Assembly (NCBI GenBank): GCA_041492755.1
Contig: JBGPXN010000051.1
Coordinates: 1-27,739 of the forward strand
Direction: 5' to 3'
DNA: 27,739 nt
Source of the DNA: Candidatus Methylomirabilia bacterium
GTDB taxonomy: Bacteria; Methylomirabilota; Methylomirabilia; Rokubacteriales; CSP1-6
Under the pieces are notes generated by a model. That model made no database searches, was not told the DNA's origin, and worked only from the letters and a program-made list of their open reading frames with translations. Position 1 is the stretch's first letter. The number at the start of each line of letters is the position of its first letter. A program made the translations under genes and the position numbers. Below are positions 1 through 9,399 of the stretch, piece after piece.

Positions 1-25
1 TCGCGAGGAATGTGCGGCGGTTCAT
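1..25 (-). CDS. 5' end of a gene running off the window; the product starts with a twin-arginine (Tat) signal (MNRRTFLA...)
   Basis: The minus strand reads GGAGG-CGACC-ATG AAC CGC CGC ACA TTC CTC GCG: a good RBS plus the RRxFL Tat motif. Only 8 codons are visible. Confidence 0.7.
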
Positions 26-116
26 GGTCGCCTCCGTTGACCGGGCGGGTCGACGCCTCGCCCCGAATTGAGTGGGGGAATCATAGGAGTCGCGTCCGGG
101 AGTGTCAAATCGGGGA

Positions 117-247
117 CGCGCAGGCCGATGAAAAAGGCCCAGATGCTAGGCGGCGAGGAAGCGCCGACCGAGGCGTACACCGAGTACGCCGCAGGGAGGA
201 GCGCACGAGCCAACGACGCAGATGGGCCTTTTTCATCGGCCTGCGCG
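117..247. repeat. 131-bp intergenic inverted-repeat element (MITE/REP-like or structured RNA)
   Basis: Perfect 25-bp IR: CGCGCAGGCCGATGAAAAAGGCCCA (117-141) / TGGGCCTTTTTCATCGGCCTGCGCG (223-247). Internal hairpin GGCGTAC-accga-GTACGCC (172-190). Confidence 0.85.
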
Positions 248-316
248 CTTCGTCGGGGCCTGCTACGCGGGCGCGCGGGGGACCGAGGAGCGCCACGGCA
301 TGTCGGGGCCCCCCAG

Positions 317-1021
317 TCAAATCTCCAGAAAACGCTGCTGGATGGTCGGGTCGGCCCGCAACGCGGCCGGCGTTCCCTCGAACTGGATGCGGCCCTGGTC
401 CATGACGTAGAGCCGGTTGGACAGCGTGAGCGCGACCTCCAGCGTTTGCTCCACCAACAAGATCGTGGTACCGCCGTGGTTGATGGAGGCCAGGATGCGG
501 GTGAGGTCCTGCACGATGATGGGTGAGAGTCCTTCTGTCGGCTCGTCCACCAGCATCAGCGAGGGTTGGGCGACGAGCGCGCGCGCGATGGCGAGCATCT
601 GCTGCTCGCCGCCGGAGAGGAATCGCCCACGCTGCTCGGCGCGGTCACGCAGGCGCGGGAAGTAGGCGAAGACCTCCTCGATGGCACCGTCCTGGCGCTG
701 GCCCCCGCCCAGGATGCCGAGCCGGAGATTCTCGACGACGGTCAAGTTCGGCAGGATGCGGCGCTCCTCGGGAATCCAGGCGATGCCCCGGCGCGCGATC
801 GCGTGCGTGGGCAGCCGGCTCACGTCCTCGCCACGGAGCAGCACACGGCCCCGGGCCGGGCGCGCGATCCCCATGATCGATTTCAGCGTCGTGGTCTTGC
901 CGGCACCGTTGCGCCCGATGAGCGTCACCACCTCGCCTTCTTCGACGCGCACCGACACACCCTGCAGGATGTGGGCGTCACCGTAGTAGGTGTGGACGCC
1001 GTCCAGCTCGAGCAGCGCCAT
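317..1021 (-). CDS. livF: Branched-chain amino acid (HAAT) ABC transporter ATP-binding protein, LivF family
   Basis: Walker A GRNGAGKT, signature LSGGEQQMLAIARAL, Walker B LMLVDEPTEGL, ILLVEQ; 234 aa. Confidence 0.92.
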   Translation of the reverse strand: MALLELDGVHTYYGDAHILQGVSVRVEEGEVVTLIGRNGAGKTTTLKSIMGIARPARGRVLLRGEDVSRLPTHAIARRGIAWIPEERRILPNLTVVENLRLGILGGGQRQDGAIEEVFAYFPRLRDRAEQRGRFLSGGEQQMLAIARALVAQPSLMLVDEPTEGLSPIIVQDLTRILASINHGGTTILLVEQTLEVALTLSNRLYVMDQGRIQFEGTPAALRADPTIQQRFLEI

Positions 1022-1046
1022 CTAGGGGTGGAGCGTCACCGGCGCG

Positions 1047-1796
1047 TTACCGGCCGGCGCCCAGGTAGGTCTGCTGCACGCGCTCGTTGGCGCGGATCTC
1101 GTCCGGCGTGCCTTCCGCCAGCACCTGGCCCTGGTGGAGCACGGTGATGCGGTCGGAGATCTTCATCACGACCTTCATCTTGTGCTCGACCAGCACCACC
1201 GTGCGGCCGGTGGCCAGCTCGCGGATGAGCCGCATGGTCTCGTCGGTTTCCTCCGGGCTCATCCCCGCGGTCGGCTCGTCCAGCAGGAGCAGCGCGGGAT
1301 TGCCGGCGAGCGCGATGGCGATCTCCAGATGCCGCTTCTCGCCGTGAGACAGGTGCGCGGCCAGGACGTCGGCCTTGGCGGCCAGCCCGATCGTCCGCAA
1401 CAGCTCGGTGGCGCGGGCATGCGTGTCGGCGAGCTTGTCGGCGCGCGACCAGAAATCGAACGCCCGTGCCGGTCCTTGCACGGCCACCCGCACGTTCTCG
1501 TGCACGGTGAGATGCGGGAAGACGTTCGTGATCTGGTACGACATCGCGATGCCCAGCCGCGCCACCGCGTGCTGCGGCATGCCGGTGATGTCCTGCTCAC
1601 CGAACCAGATGCGCCCGGAGCTCGGTGGCATCTGCCCGGAGATGAGACGGAAGAACGTGGTCTTGCCGGCGCCGTTGGGCCCGATGATGGACCGCAGCTC
1701 GCCGCGCTGCACGGCGACGTCGACGCGATCCACGGCGATGAGGCTGCCGAACGCGCGCGTGAGACGCTCGGTGCGGAGCAGGACGGGCGCGGACAT
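1047..1796 (-). CDS. livG: HAAT ABC transporter ATP-binding protein, LivG family (start 1796 preferred, 1805 alternative)
   Basis: GPNGAGKTT, LSHGEKRHLEIA, LLLLDEPTAGM, LVEH, and the typical LivG C-terminus GTPDEIRANERVQQTYLG. Confidence 0.92.
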   Translation of the reverse strand: MSAPVLLRTERLTRAFGSLIAVDRVDVAVQRGELRSIIGPNGAGKTTFFRLISGQMPPSSGRIWFGEQDITGMPQHAVARLGIAMSYQITNVFPHLTVHENVRVAVQGPARAFDFWSRADKLADTHARATELLRTIGLAAKADVLAAHLSHGEKRHLEIAIALAGNPALLLLDEPTAGMSPEETDETMRLIRELATGRTVVLVEHKMKVVMKISDRITVLHQGQVLAEGTPDEIRANERVQQTYLGAGR

Positions 1797-1803
1797 AGGC
1801 GCC

Positions 1804-1833
1804 ATTAGCCCACACGGCCTTTCGCAGTGTCAA
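1804..1833 (-). promoter_or_regulatory. Putative sigma70 promoter for livG-livF
   Basis: Minus strand: TTGACA (1833-1828), 18 nt, GCTAAT (1809-1804), 7 nt, then ATG at 1796. The -10 element is imperfect. Confidence 0.45.
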
Positions 1834-2348
1834 GGCCGCCGCGGGTCGTCCGGCCCCTGGACCGTGTCCGCGGCGCGATTTCGGCGACGTCCTCGACCGA
1901 GCGCAGCGACCGCTTGGAGCCGAAACCGCCGCTGGACGTTGACACCACGCAGGGTCCGCGTCTCGATCCGGAAGCACGCCATCTGCGGCCGATTGTCGGG
2001 ATCGAGATGGAAGGCGTGGTTGGTGTGGCCGTTGACGTGGCGATCTGGGCCCGAGACGCCGCCCCTCGGCGCCACGGTCTGGCGATCGTCGGTGGCGTTG
2101 AGCGGCTGCCGCGGCTCGTTGCGCACGAGCAGGCGCAAGCCATCGAACTGGACGGGGGACGATGCCTGCGGCGCACTCGGAGGGCGGGGTATCGCCGCCG
2201 CGGCCGGCGCGCATCACAGACGACGAGGTCGCCGACCGCTCGACCGTGCGATCATCGGTGGGCACCACACCGTCGTCGTCCGGCGGATGGCTCCGGGCAT
2301 CGCCGACCCGGGCAACGTTCCGCAACATCGAGATCGGAGGATCGCGAG

Positions 2349-3428
2349 ATGGCAGGGCTGACCGTCGGGATCATCGGGCTGGGCTACGGGCGGGCGCACA
2401 TTTCCGGGTTTCAGGCCAACGGCTGCCAGGTCGTGGCGCTCTGCCAGCGCGACGAGGCATCGGCGCGCAAGGTTGCCGACGCCTACGGCGTGCCGCACGT
2501 GTTCGGCCGCTGGGAGGAGATGCTGGAGCGCGCGCGGCCGGAGATCGTGGTGATCGCCACGCCGCCGCACCTGCATCTGGCGGTTGCCCGGGCGGCGTTT
2601 GCCCGCGGCGCGCACGTGCTGTGCGAGAAGCCGGTGGCGATGACGACGGCCGAGGCGCGCGCGATGGTGGAGGACGGCCGGCGCGCCGGCCGGGTGGCGA
2701 TGACCGGCTTCAACTGGCGATTCACCGCCGCCATGCAAACGCTGCACGCCATGGCCGCCAGCGGTGAGATCGGTCGCGTCTTTCATCTCGCCGGGCGGTG
2801 GTTGGGCGGCCGCATGGCCGGCGGCACGGCGCCCGCAAGCTGGCGTATGGATCGCGCGCAGGCCGCTCACGGCGCGATGGGCGACATGGGCGTACACCTG
2901 GTCGACATCATCCGGTGGAACTTCGGCGAGTTCCGCCGTGTCGTCGCCCGTTCCGGGATCGCGTATCCCGGGCGCGAGCTTCCGGGCCTGCCCCGATCGG
3001 CCGACGCCGAAGACTGGTGCATCATCCTCGGTGAGCTCGAGAACGGCACGCACGTCACCCTCACCGCCAGCCGCGCCGCGCACGGCGCCAACGAGCACGC
3101 GCTCGAGGTGTACGGCACGACCGCGGCGGTGCGCTACCGATTGACGCGCGACGGCTCACGCTGGTGGGCGGGAGACCTCGCGGCGTCGCAGGGGGGCGCG
3201 TTCACGCCGGTCGAGCCGCGCGTGCCGGTTCCGGCATCCGAGGGTGGCGACGCCGCCGATGCGATCGGCCGCACGACCATCGCGCCCCTCGTCGCGCGGT
3301 TTCTCGAAGGCATTCGCACCGGCACCACGCCCTCTCCGTCGCTGGAGGAAGGCCTGCGCGCCCAGGCGGTGCTCGACGCCGCGGTCGAATCGGTGCAGCG
3401 TAACGACTGGGTCGACGTCGCCGCGTGA
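2349..3428 (+). CDS. Gfo/Idh/MocA family NAD(P)-dependent oxidoreductase (359 aa)
   Basis: GGAGG at 2336-2340 precedes ATG 2349. Rossmann VGIIGLGYG, IATPPHLH, HVLCEKP, GAMGDMGVHLVD. Confidence 0.92.
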   Translation: MAGLTVGIIGLGYGRAHISGFQANGCQVVALCQRDEASARKVADAYGVPHVFGRWEEMLERARPEIVVIATPPHLHLAVARAAFARGAHVLCEKPVAMTTAEARAMVEDGRRAGRVAMTGFNWRFTAAMQTLHAMAASGEIGRVFHLAGRWLGGRMAGGTAPASWRMDRAQAAHGAMGDMGVHLVDIIRWNFGEFRRVVARSGIAYPGRELPGLPRSADAEDWCIILGELENGTHVTLTASRAAHGANEHALEVYGTTAAVRYRLTRDGSRWWAGDLAASQGGAFTPVEPRVPVPASEGGDAADAIGRTTIAPLVARFLEGIRTGTTPSPSLEEGLRAQAVLDAAVESVQRNDWVDVAA

Positions 3429-3642
3429 CGACCGAAGGGGGCGCGTGTCTGCTCGGTGACGTGATTGCCGGTCGGGTGAAGGTTCCGGTCGGCGAGCTCT
3501 TCGTGTGGGCGGCACGGGTCGCGCGCGTGCTCGGCGTCGAAACGACGCCGACGGGCTTCGCGTCGCGCATGACGTCGTCAACGAGGTCGATCAGGCGGCG
3601 CTCGCGTCACTCCTGGCCGCCCACCTGACCCGCGAACATTGA
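3425..3642 (+). pseudogene. Possible small hypothetical gene with a -1 frameshift near 3541
   Basis: The GTG start overlaps the oxidoreductase stop (GTGA). After ...VLGVE, the -1 frame continues NDADGLRVAHDVVNEVDQAALASLLAAHLTREH* with GC-rich third positions. Confidence 0.3.
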
Positions 3643-3902
3643 GCTGGCCGGGGCCGGTCAGCTTGACCGGGGCGGTCGGCACGAAGCCGGACGACGGTGC
3701 CGAAGTGACGCTGGCCGCGCCGATTTCTGGGAGCGATGGCCGGGAAAACCGCCCTGTCCACGCGCTTTTCTGGGGAGCGGTTCTTCCGGTCGCCGGGGCG
3801 CTCGGGTCACGGTAGAGATGCCCCACCGGCAGACTCGTCCAAAGCCCTGAAAAACTTTTCCTTTTCTCGGCAGCGGCGCCTGCTTTCGATGCTGCGCCAG
3901 GC

Positions 3903-3968
3903 TGGCAGAACCGATGCTAAAGGCGCGCCAACGCTGGATTTTTCGCTAGAGGTGGCATGGAGTGTGCT
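3903..3968 (+). promoter_or_regulatory. Two sigma54-type -24/-12 motifs upstream of mreB; the second overlaps a sigma70 extended -10
   Basis: TGGCAGAACCGATGCT (3903-3918) and TGGCATGGAGTGTGCT (3953-3968) both have GG-N10-GC spacing. TGCTACTGT (3965-3973) fits TGnTAnnnT. Confidence 0.5.
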
Positions 3969-3975
3969 ACTGTAG

Positions 3976-5082
<1,107 letters not shown>

Positions 5083-5113
5083 TCGGGGTCGTCGCTCTTC
5101 GACGGGGTCACAG

Positions 5114-5950
5114 GTGAAGATTCATCGACTGTTCCTGCTGGCGGCAGTCGTCGGTTTCTGCTTGCTGATCCTCTCCCTCCAGACGCGCGGTGAGCAGCCC
5201 CGGGCCACGGACGTCGTCGCGTTCGTCACGACACCCGTGCAGAAGGCGCTGGCCGCCGTGCAGCGGGGCGCCTACGGTGTCTGGGCCACCTACCTGGACT
5301 GGAAGAACGTGCGCTTCGAGAACCGCAATCTCCGCGACGAGGTGCAGCGCCTGCGGGTGGAGTCGCTGGTGGTGCGCGAGACCTCCGAGGAGAACCAGCG
5401 CCTGCGTCGTCTCCTCGATCTACGCGAGCGGCTGCCGATCAACACGGTCTCCGGTGAGGTCATCGCGCGCGAGTGGGGGGGCTGGGTGCGCTCGCTCACC
5501 GTCAATCGCGGGCGGTCCGACGACATCTCGCGGCTGGCCGCGGTGATCTCCCCCGACGGTCTCGTCGGCCGCGTCGTCGACGTGCGGGCGGGGGCGGCGG
5601 TCGTGCAGGTCCTGACGGATCCGGCGTCCACCATCGGCGCCCACGCCCTGCGCACGCGCACGCCCGGCATCGTCGAAGGCGAGCCGCGCGGCACGATTCG
5701 GTTCAAGTACATGGCGCGCGACGGCGCCGGGCTGCAGGTGGGCGACGTCGTGGTGTCCTCCGGCCAGAGCGGGGTCTTCCCGCGCGGTATCCCGATCGGG
5801 CGCGTGCGCGCCATCGACGACCGCGGCTCCGCGCTCTTCCACTATGCGGCGATCACTCCTGCCGTCGACTTCAGCCGGGTGGACGAAGTGCTGCTGCTCA
5901 CCGGCGACCGGGCGAAGGACGTGACCGCGTACTTCGCCACCGGCGGCTGA
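5114..5950 (+). CDS. mreC: Rod shape-determining protein MreC
   Basis: N-terminal TM helix, coiled coil ENQRLRRLL, GLVGRV, GDVVVSSG..GVFPRGIPIGRV, PAVDFSRVDEV; follows mreB. Confidence 0.95.
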   Translation: MKIHRLFLLAAVVGFCLLILSLQTRGEQPRATDVVAFVTTPVQKALAAVQRGAYGVWATYLDWKNVRFENRNLRDEVQRLRVESLVVRETSEENQRLRRLLDLRERLPINTVSGEVIAREWGGWVRSLTVNRGRSDDISRLAAVISPDGLVGRVVDVRAGAAVVQVLTDPASTIGAHALRTRTPGIVEGEPRGTIRFKYMARDGAGLQVGDVVVSSGQSGVFPRGIPIGRVRAIDDRGSALFHYAAITPAVDFSRVDEVLLLTGDRAKDVTAYFATGG

Positions 5951-5956
5951 GCGTTC

Positions 5957-6445
5957 ATGCGCGGACTGCTCGCGCTTTCGGTATTCGGAGGCGGCGTGAT
6001 GCACACCACCGTCGCGCCCGCGCTCCGGGTCGCGAACGTGACGCCGGACATCCCGCTCATCGTCGTTGGTCTACTCGCCCTGCGCCGTGGGCCTGAGGTC
6101 GGGTGCCTCGCCGGGTTGGTGGCCGGACTGCTTCAAGACAGTGCCGGCGGTGGTCTGCTCGGCGTCCAGGCGCTGACCAAGGCCATGATCGGCTTTGCGC
6201 TCGGCGCCGTGGGCCAGCACCTCGCCGTCGCCCAACCCCTCGTTCAGGTCCCGGGGCTCGTGCTCCTCACGGTGGCGGAGGGGCTCGGGCGTTTCGCGCT
6301 GCTGAAGCTCTTTCACTATCCGGCGCCGTTCGGTGAGCTGATGGCCTACGTCGTGCTGCCGCAGGCCCTCTACAACGGCTTCCTCGGCGCGGCCCTCGTG
6401 CTCGCGCTCACCTGGACGGCGTCGCTGCGCCGTTCCGTCGGCTGA
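5957..6445 (+). CDS. mreD: Rod shape-determining membrane protein MreD
   Basis: 162-aa hydrophobic protein with PDIPL, GLLQD, GVQAL; lies between mreC and mrdA. Confidence 0.9.
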   Translation: MRGLLALSVFGGGVMHTTVAPALRVANVTPDIPLIVVGLLALRRGPEVGCLAGLVAGLLQDSAGGGLLGVQALTKAMIGFALGAVGQHLAVAQPLVQVPGLVLLTVAEGLGRFALLKLFHYPAPFGELMAYVVLPQALYNGFLGAALVLALTWTASLRRSVG

Positions 6446-6453
6446 GCCTCCGC

Positions 6454-8253
6454 GTGCACCGCGCGACACCGTTCCCCGGACGCCCCGACACCGGCAAGCG
6501 CCGCATTCTCGTGATCGCCGGCCTGGTGGTGAGCGCGTTCATCGTCATCATCGGCCAGCTCTGGTACCTGCAAGTCCTCGAGGGCGGGCGCTTCAACGAC
6601 GCCTCGGAGAAGAACCGCGTCCGCATCCGGCCGGTGGCCGCTCCCCGCGGCATCCTCTTCGACCGCAACGGGGCGCCGCTGGTCGACAACCGCCCGGCCT
6701 TCACCCTCTCCCTGATCCCACGCGAGCTCGACGACCGCGACGCCGTGCTGGGCCGCGTCTCGGCGCTCTTGCAGATCCCCTACCAGGATCTGCTCGATGC
6801 GGTGGCGCGGGTGCCGGCCGACTCGTTCCTGCCGGTGCGGGTGCGCCGCGGGCTGTCCCTCGACGACGTCGCGCGCATCGAGGAATGGAAGATCGAGCTG
6901 CCGGGCGTGATCATCGAGGTCGAGCCGCAGCGCGCGTATCCCACCAGCCGCTTCGCCGCGCACCTGCTCGGCTACGTGCGCGAGGCGAACGACGAGCAGC
7001 TCAAGCAGGGCAAGTACCGGCGCGGCGACATGGTGGGGCAGAACGGGCTCGAGCGACTGCTCGACGAGCATCTCCGCGGCCGCGACGGCGGCGAGCGCAT
7101 CGAGGTCGACGCGATGGGCCGGCCGGTGCGCGTCCTGCACCACACCGAGCCGAACCCCGGCGCCCAGGTGGTGACCACGGTGGACCGCCGCATCCAGGAA
7201 GCGGCGGAGGCGGCCATGGAGGGCAAGGCGGGCGCCATCGTGGTGATGGATCCCCGGAACGGCGACGTGCTCGCGCTCGTGTCCACGCCGGCGTTCCAGA
7301 TCGATCGCTTCACGGGCACGATCGACCGCAAGGCCTGGGCGCAGCTGGTCCAGGATCCCACGCACCCGTTCCTCAATCGCGCCATCCAGAGCCAGTACGC
7401 GCCGGGGTCGGTGTTCAAGACCGTCGTCACCGCGGCCGGCCTTCAAGAGGGAACGCTGACGCCGATGGACCGGGTGCACTGCAACGGTGAGTTCCGCCTC
7501 GGCGGGCACCGCTTCAAGGACTGGAAGGAAGGCGGGCACGGAACCGTCGATCTCCACCGCGCGATGGTGCAGTCCTGCAACGTCTTCTTCTACACCGCCG
7601 GCCTGAAGGTCGGCCCGGCCGCCATCACGAAGTACGCGACGGCGTTCGGGTTCGGCGCGCCGACGAAGATCGATCTGCCGGGCGAGAAGTTCGGCTTCGT
7701 CCCTCGACCCAAGATCCGCCGGGGCAAGGAAGTCTGGCAGGGCGGCGATATCGTCAACATGTCGATCGGGCAAGGCACCGTGCTCGTCACGCCGATGCAG
7801 GTGGCACGCTTCATGGGCGCCGTCGCCAATGGTGGCGTGCTGTGGAAGCCGCGACTCGTGCAGCGGGTGGAGCGCGCCGATCGCCAGGTGCTGTGGAGCG
7901 ATGCCGGCAGCGTGACCGGCCACGTGGAGCTGTCGCCCGCGGTGTGGGCGTTCCTGCGCCGCAGCCTGTGGGCCGTCGTCAACGAGGGTGGTACCGGCGC
8001 CGCGGCACGCATTCCGGGCGTCGACATCGCCGGCAAGACCGGCACCGCGCAGACCATCGCCAATTCGAAGGCGTCCAAGGGCGAGGACCACGCGTGGTTC
8101 GCCGCCTTCGCGCCGGTGAACGATCCTCAAGTCGTCGTGGTCGTGTTCGTCGAGCGCGGCGGCAAGGGTGGACAGGTGGCGGCGCCGCTGGCCCGCAAGA
8201 TCTTCAACGCGATCTTCTTCGAGAGGGTCGCGGCGCTGGGGCTGTCGGGATGA
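6454..8253 (+). CDS. mrdA: Penicillin-binding protein 2 (class B transpeptidase)
   Basis: LWYLQV, APRGILFDRNG, SxxK (GSVFK), SCN, AGKTGTAQ, DHAWF. Exact start is uncertain. Confidence 0.96.
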   Translation: MHRATPFPGRPDTGKRRILVIAGLVVSAFIVIIGQLWYLQVLEGGRFNDASEKNRVRIRPVAAPRGILFDRNGAPLVDNRPAFTLSLIPRELDDRDAVLGRVSALLQIPYQDLLDAVARVPADSFLPVRVRRGLSLDDVARIEEWKIELPGVIIEVEPQRAYPTSRFAAHLLGYVREANDEQLKQGKYRRGDMVGQNGLERLLDEHLRGRDGGERIEVDAMGRPVRVLHHTEPNPGAQVVTTVDRRIQEAAEAAMEGKAGAIVVMDPRNGDVLALVSTPAFQIDRFTGTIDRKAWAQLVQDPTHPFLNRAIQSQYAPGSVFKTVVTAAGLQEGTLTPMDRVHCNGEFRLGGHRFKDWKEGGHGTVDLHRAMVQSCNVFFYTAGLKVGPAAITKYATAFGFGAPTKIDLPGEKFGFVPRPKIRRGKEVWQGGDIVNMSIGQGTVLVTPMQVARFMGAVANGGVLWKPRLVQRVERADRQVLWSDAGSVTGHVELSPAVWAFLRRSLWAVVNEGGTGAAARIPGVDIAGKTGTAQTIANSKASKGEDHAWFAAFAPVNDPQVVVVVFVERGGKGGQVAAPLARKIFNAIFFERVAALGLSG

Positions 8254-9344
8254 TCGGCATCGATCGCCGCCTCCTGCAGAACGTCGACTGGCCGCTCCTC
8301 GGCGCCGCCGCCGGGCTCCTGATGCTGAGCGGCGTGACGCTCTCGAGCCTCAACGTCGCCCGCGCCGGCGGTGGCGTCATGCTCTACCGCCAGCTCGGCT
8401 GGGTCGGCGTCGGCAGCGTCGCCCTCCTGATTCTGGCCAGCATCGACTATCGCAAGCTCGTGCGGATGGCGCCGCTGCTGTACGTGGCCGGGCTCGGCAT
8501 GCTGGTGAGCGTCTTCGTGCTGGGCCGGACGGTGTCGGGCGCGCGCCGGTGGATCGTGCTCGGGCCGGCGTCCATCCAGCCGTCGGAAGTCTTCAAGATC
8601 TGCTTCGTGCTGTCCCTGGTGTGGCTGCTCACGTCGCGATGGGGGCAGCCCTTCGGACGGGTGACCCTCGCTTTGCTCGTGCCGATTTTCGCCCTTCCGT
8701 TCGTGCTGATCGTCAAGCAGCCGGACCTCGGGACCGCGCTCGTGCTGGTGCCCATGCTGGCCATCCTTCTCGTGGGAGCGGGGGTGGGGCTGCGTCTGCT
8801 CGGGGGACTCGTCCTCGCGGGGCTCGCCGCGCTTCCCCTCGCGTGGTTGGTGATGAAGGACTACCAGCGGGAACGAATTCTCGTCTACCTGGATCCGCTG
8901 CGCGATCCGCTCGGGAGCGCGTACAACGTCATCCAGGCCAAGATCGCCATCGGCTCGGGGCAGCTCCTCGGGAAGGGGGTGGCCGGCGCAACGCAGAGCC
9001 GGCTGTCCTTCCTGCCGGAGCGCCACACGGACTTCATTTTCGCCGTATTCGCTGAGATGTGGGGGTTCGTCGGCTGTCTGGTGCTGCTCGTCTGCTATGT
9101 CCTGCTCCTGCTGCGGGGCTTCGACATTGCGGCGACGGCCCGGGATCCGGTGGGGCGGCTGGTGGCGCTGGGTGCCACCGCGCTCCTCGCCTCCCAGGTC
9201 ATCATCAACGTAGGGATGGTCACGGGGTTGCTGCCCGTCGTCGGGATCCCGCTGCCGCTCATGAGCTATGGCGGCTCCTCGATGCTCGTCTCCCTGATGG
9301 CCCTCGGACTCCTGCTCTCCGTGCGGATGCGGCAGTTCCAATGA
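8250..9344 (+). CDS. rodA: SEDS peptidoglycan glycosyltransferase RodA
   Basis: ATGA overlap with the mrdA stop. GARRWI, IQPSE, KQPDLGTA, AIGSG, FLPERHTDFIF, GIPLPLMSYGGSS. Confidence 0.96.
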   Translation: MIGIDRRLLQNVDWPLLGAAAGLLMLSGVTLSSLNVARAGGGVMLYRQLGWVGVGSVALLILASIDYRKLVRMAPLLYVAGLGMLVSVFVLGRTVSGARRWIVLGPASIQPSEVFKICFVLSLVWLLTSRWGQPFGRVTLALLVPIFALPFVLIVKQPDLGTALVLVPMLAILLVGAGVGLRLLGGLVLAGLAALPLAWLVMKDYQRERILVYLDPLRDPLGSAYNVIQAKIAIGSGQLLGKGVAGATQSRLSFLPERHTDFIFAVFAEMWGFVGCLVLLVCYVLLLLRGFDIAATARDPVGRLVALGATALLASQVIINVGMVTGLLPVVGIPLPLMSYGGSSMLVSLMALGLLLSVRMRQFQ

Positions 9345-9399
9345 GGCGCGACGCCCGACCGTCGAGTACGAGCGGACGGCGCGCCGGCGAGGTGCTGCC

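Noticed and set aside
10..526. ORFs crossing the inverted-repeat element (10..405, 22..213, 68..526, 105..320)
   Set aside because: They are translations of the palindromic repeat and/or antisense livF, with no recognisable domain.
2214..2216. In-frame TGA next to a Cys codon on the minus strand, as possible selenocysteine readthrough
   Set aside because: The flanking peptide is low-complexity and resembles no selenoprotein family, and I cannot support a SECIS element.
1827..2348. 174-aa N-terminal extension of the 533-aa ORF 1827..3428
   Set aside because: The Rossmann fold begins at ATG 2349 behind a GGAGG RBS; the extension has poor codon bias.
7842..8249. Long N-terminal extension of rodA
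   Set aside because: It overlaps mrdA in another frame; the true start is the ATGA overlap at 8250.
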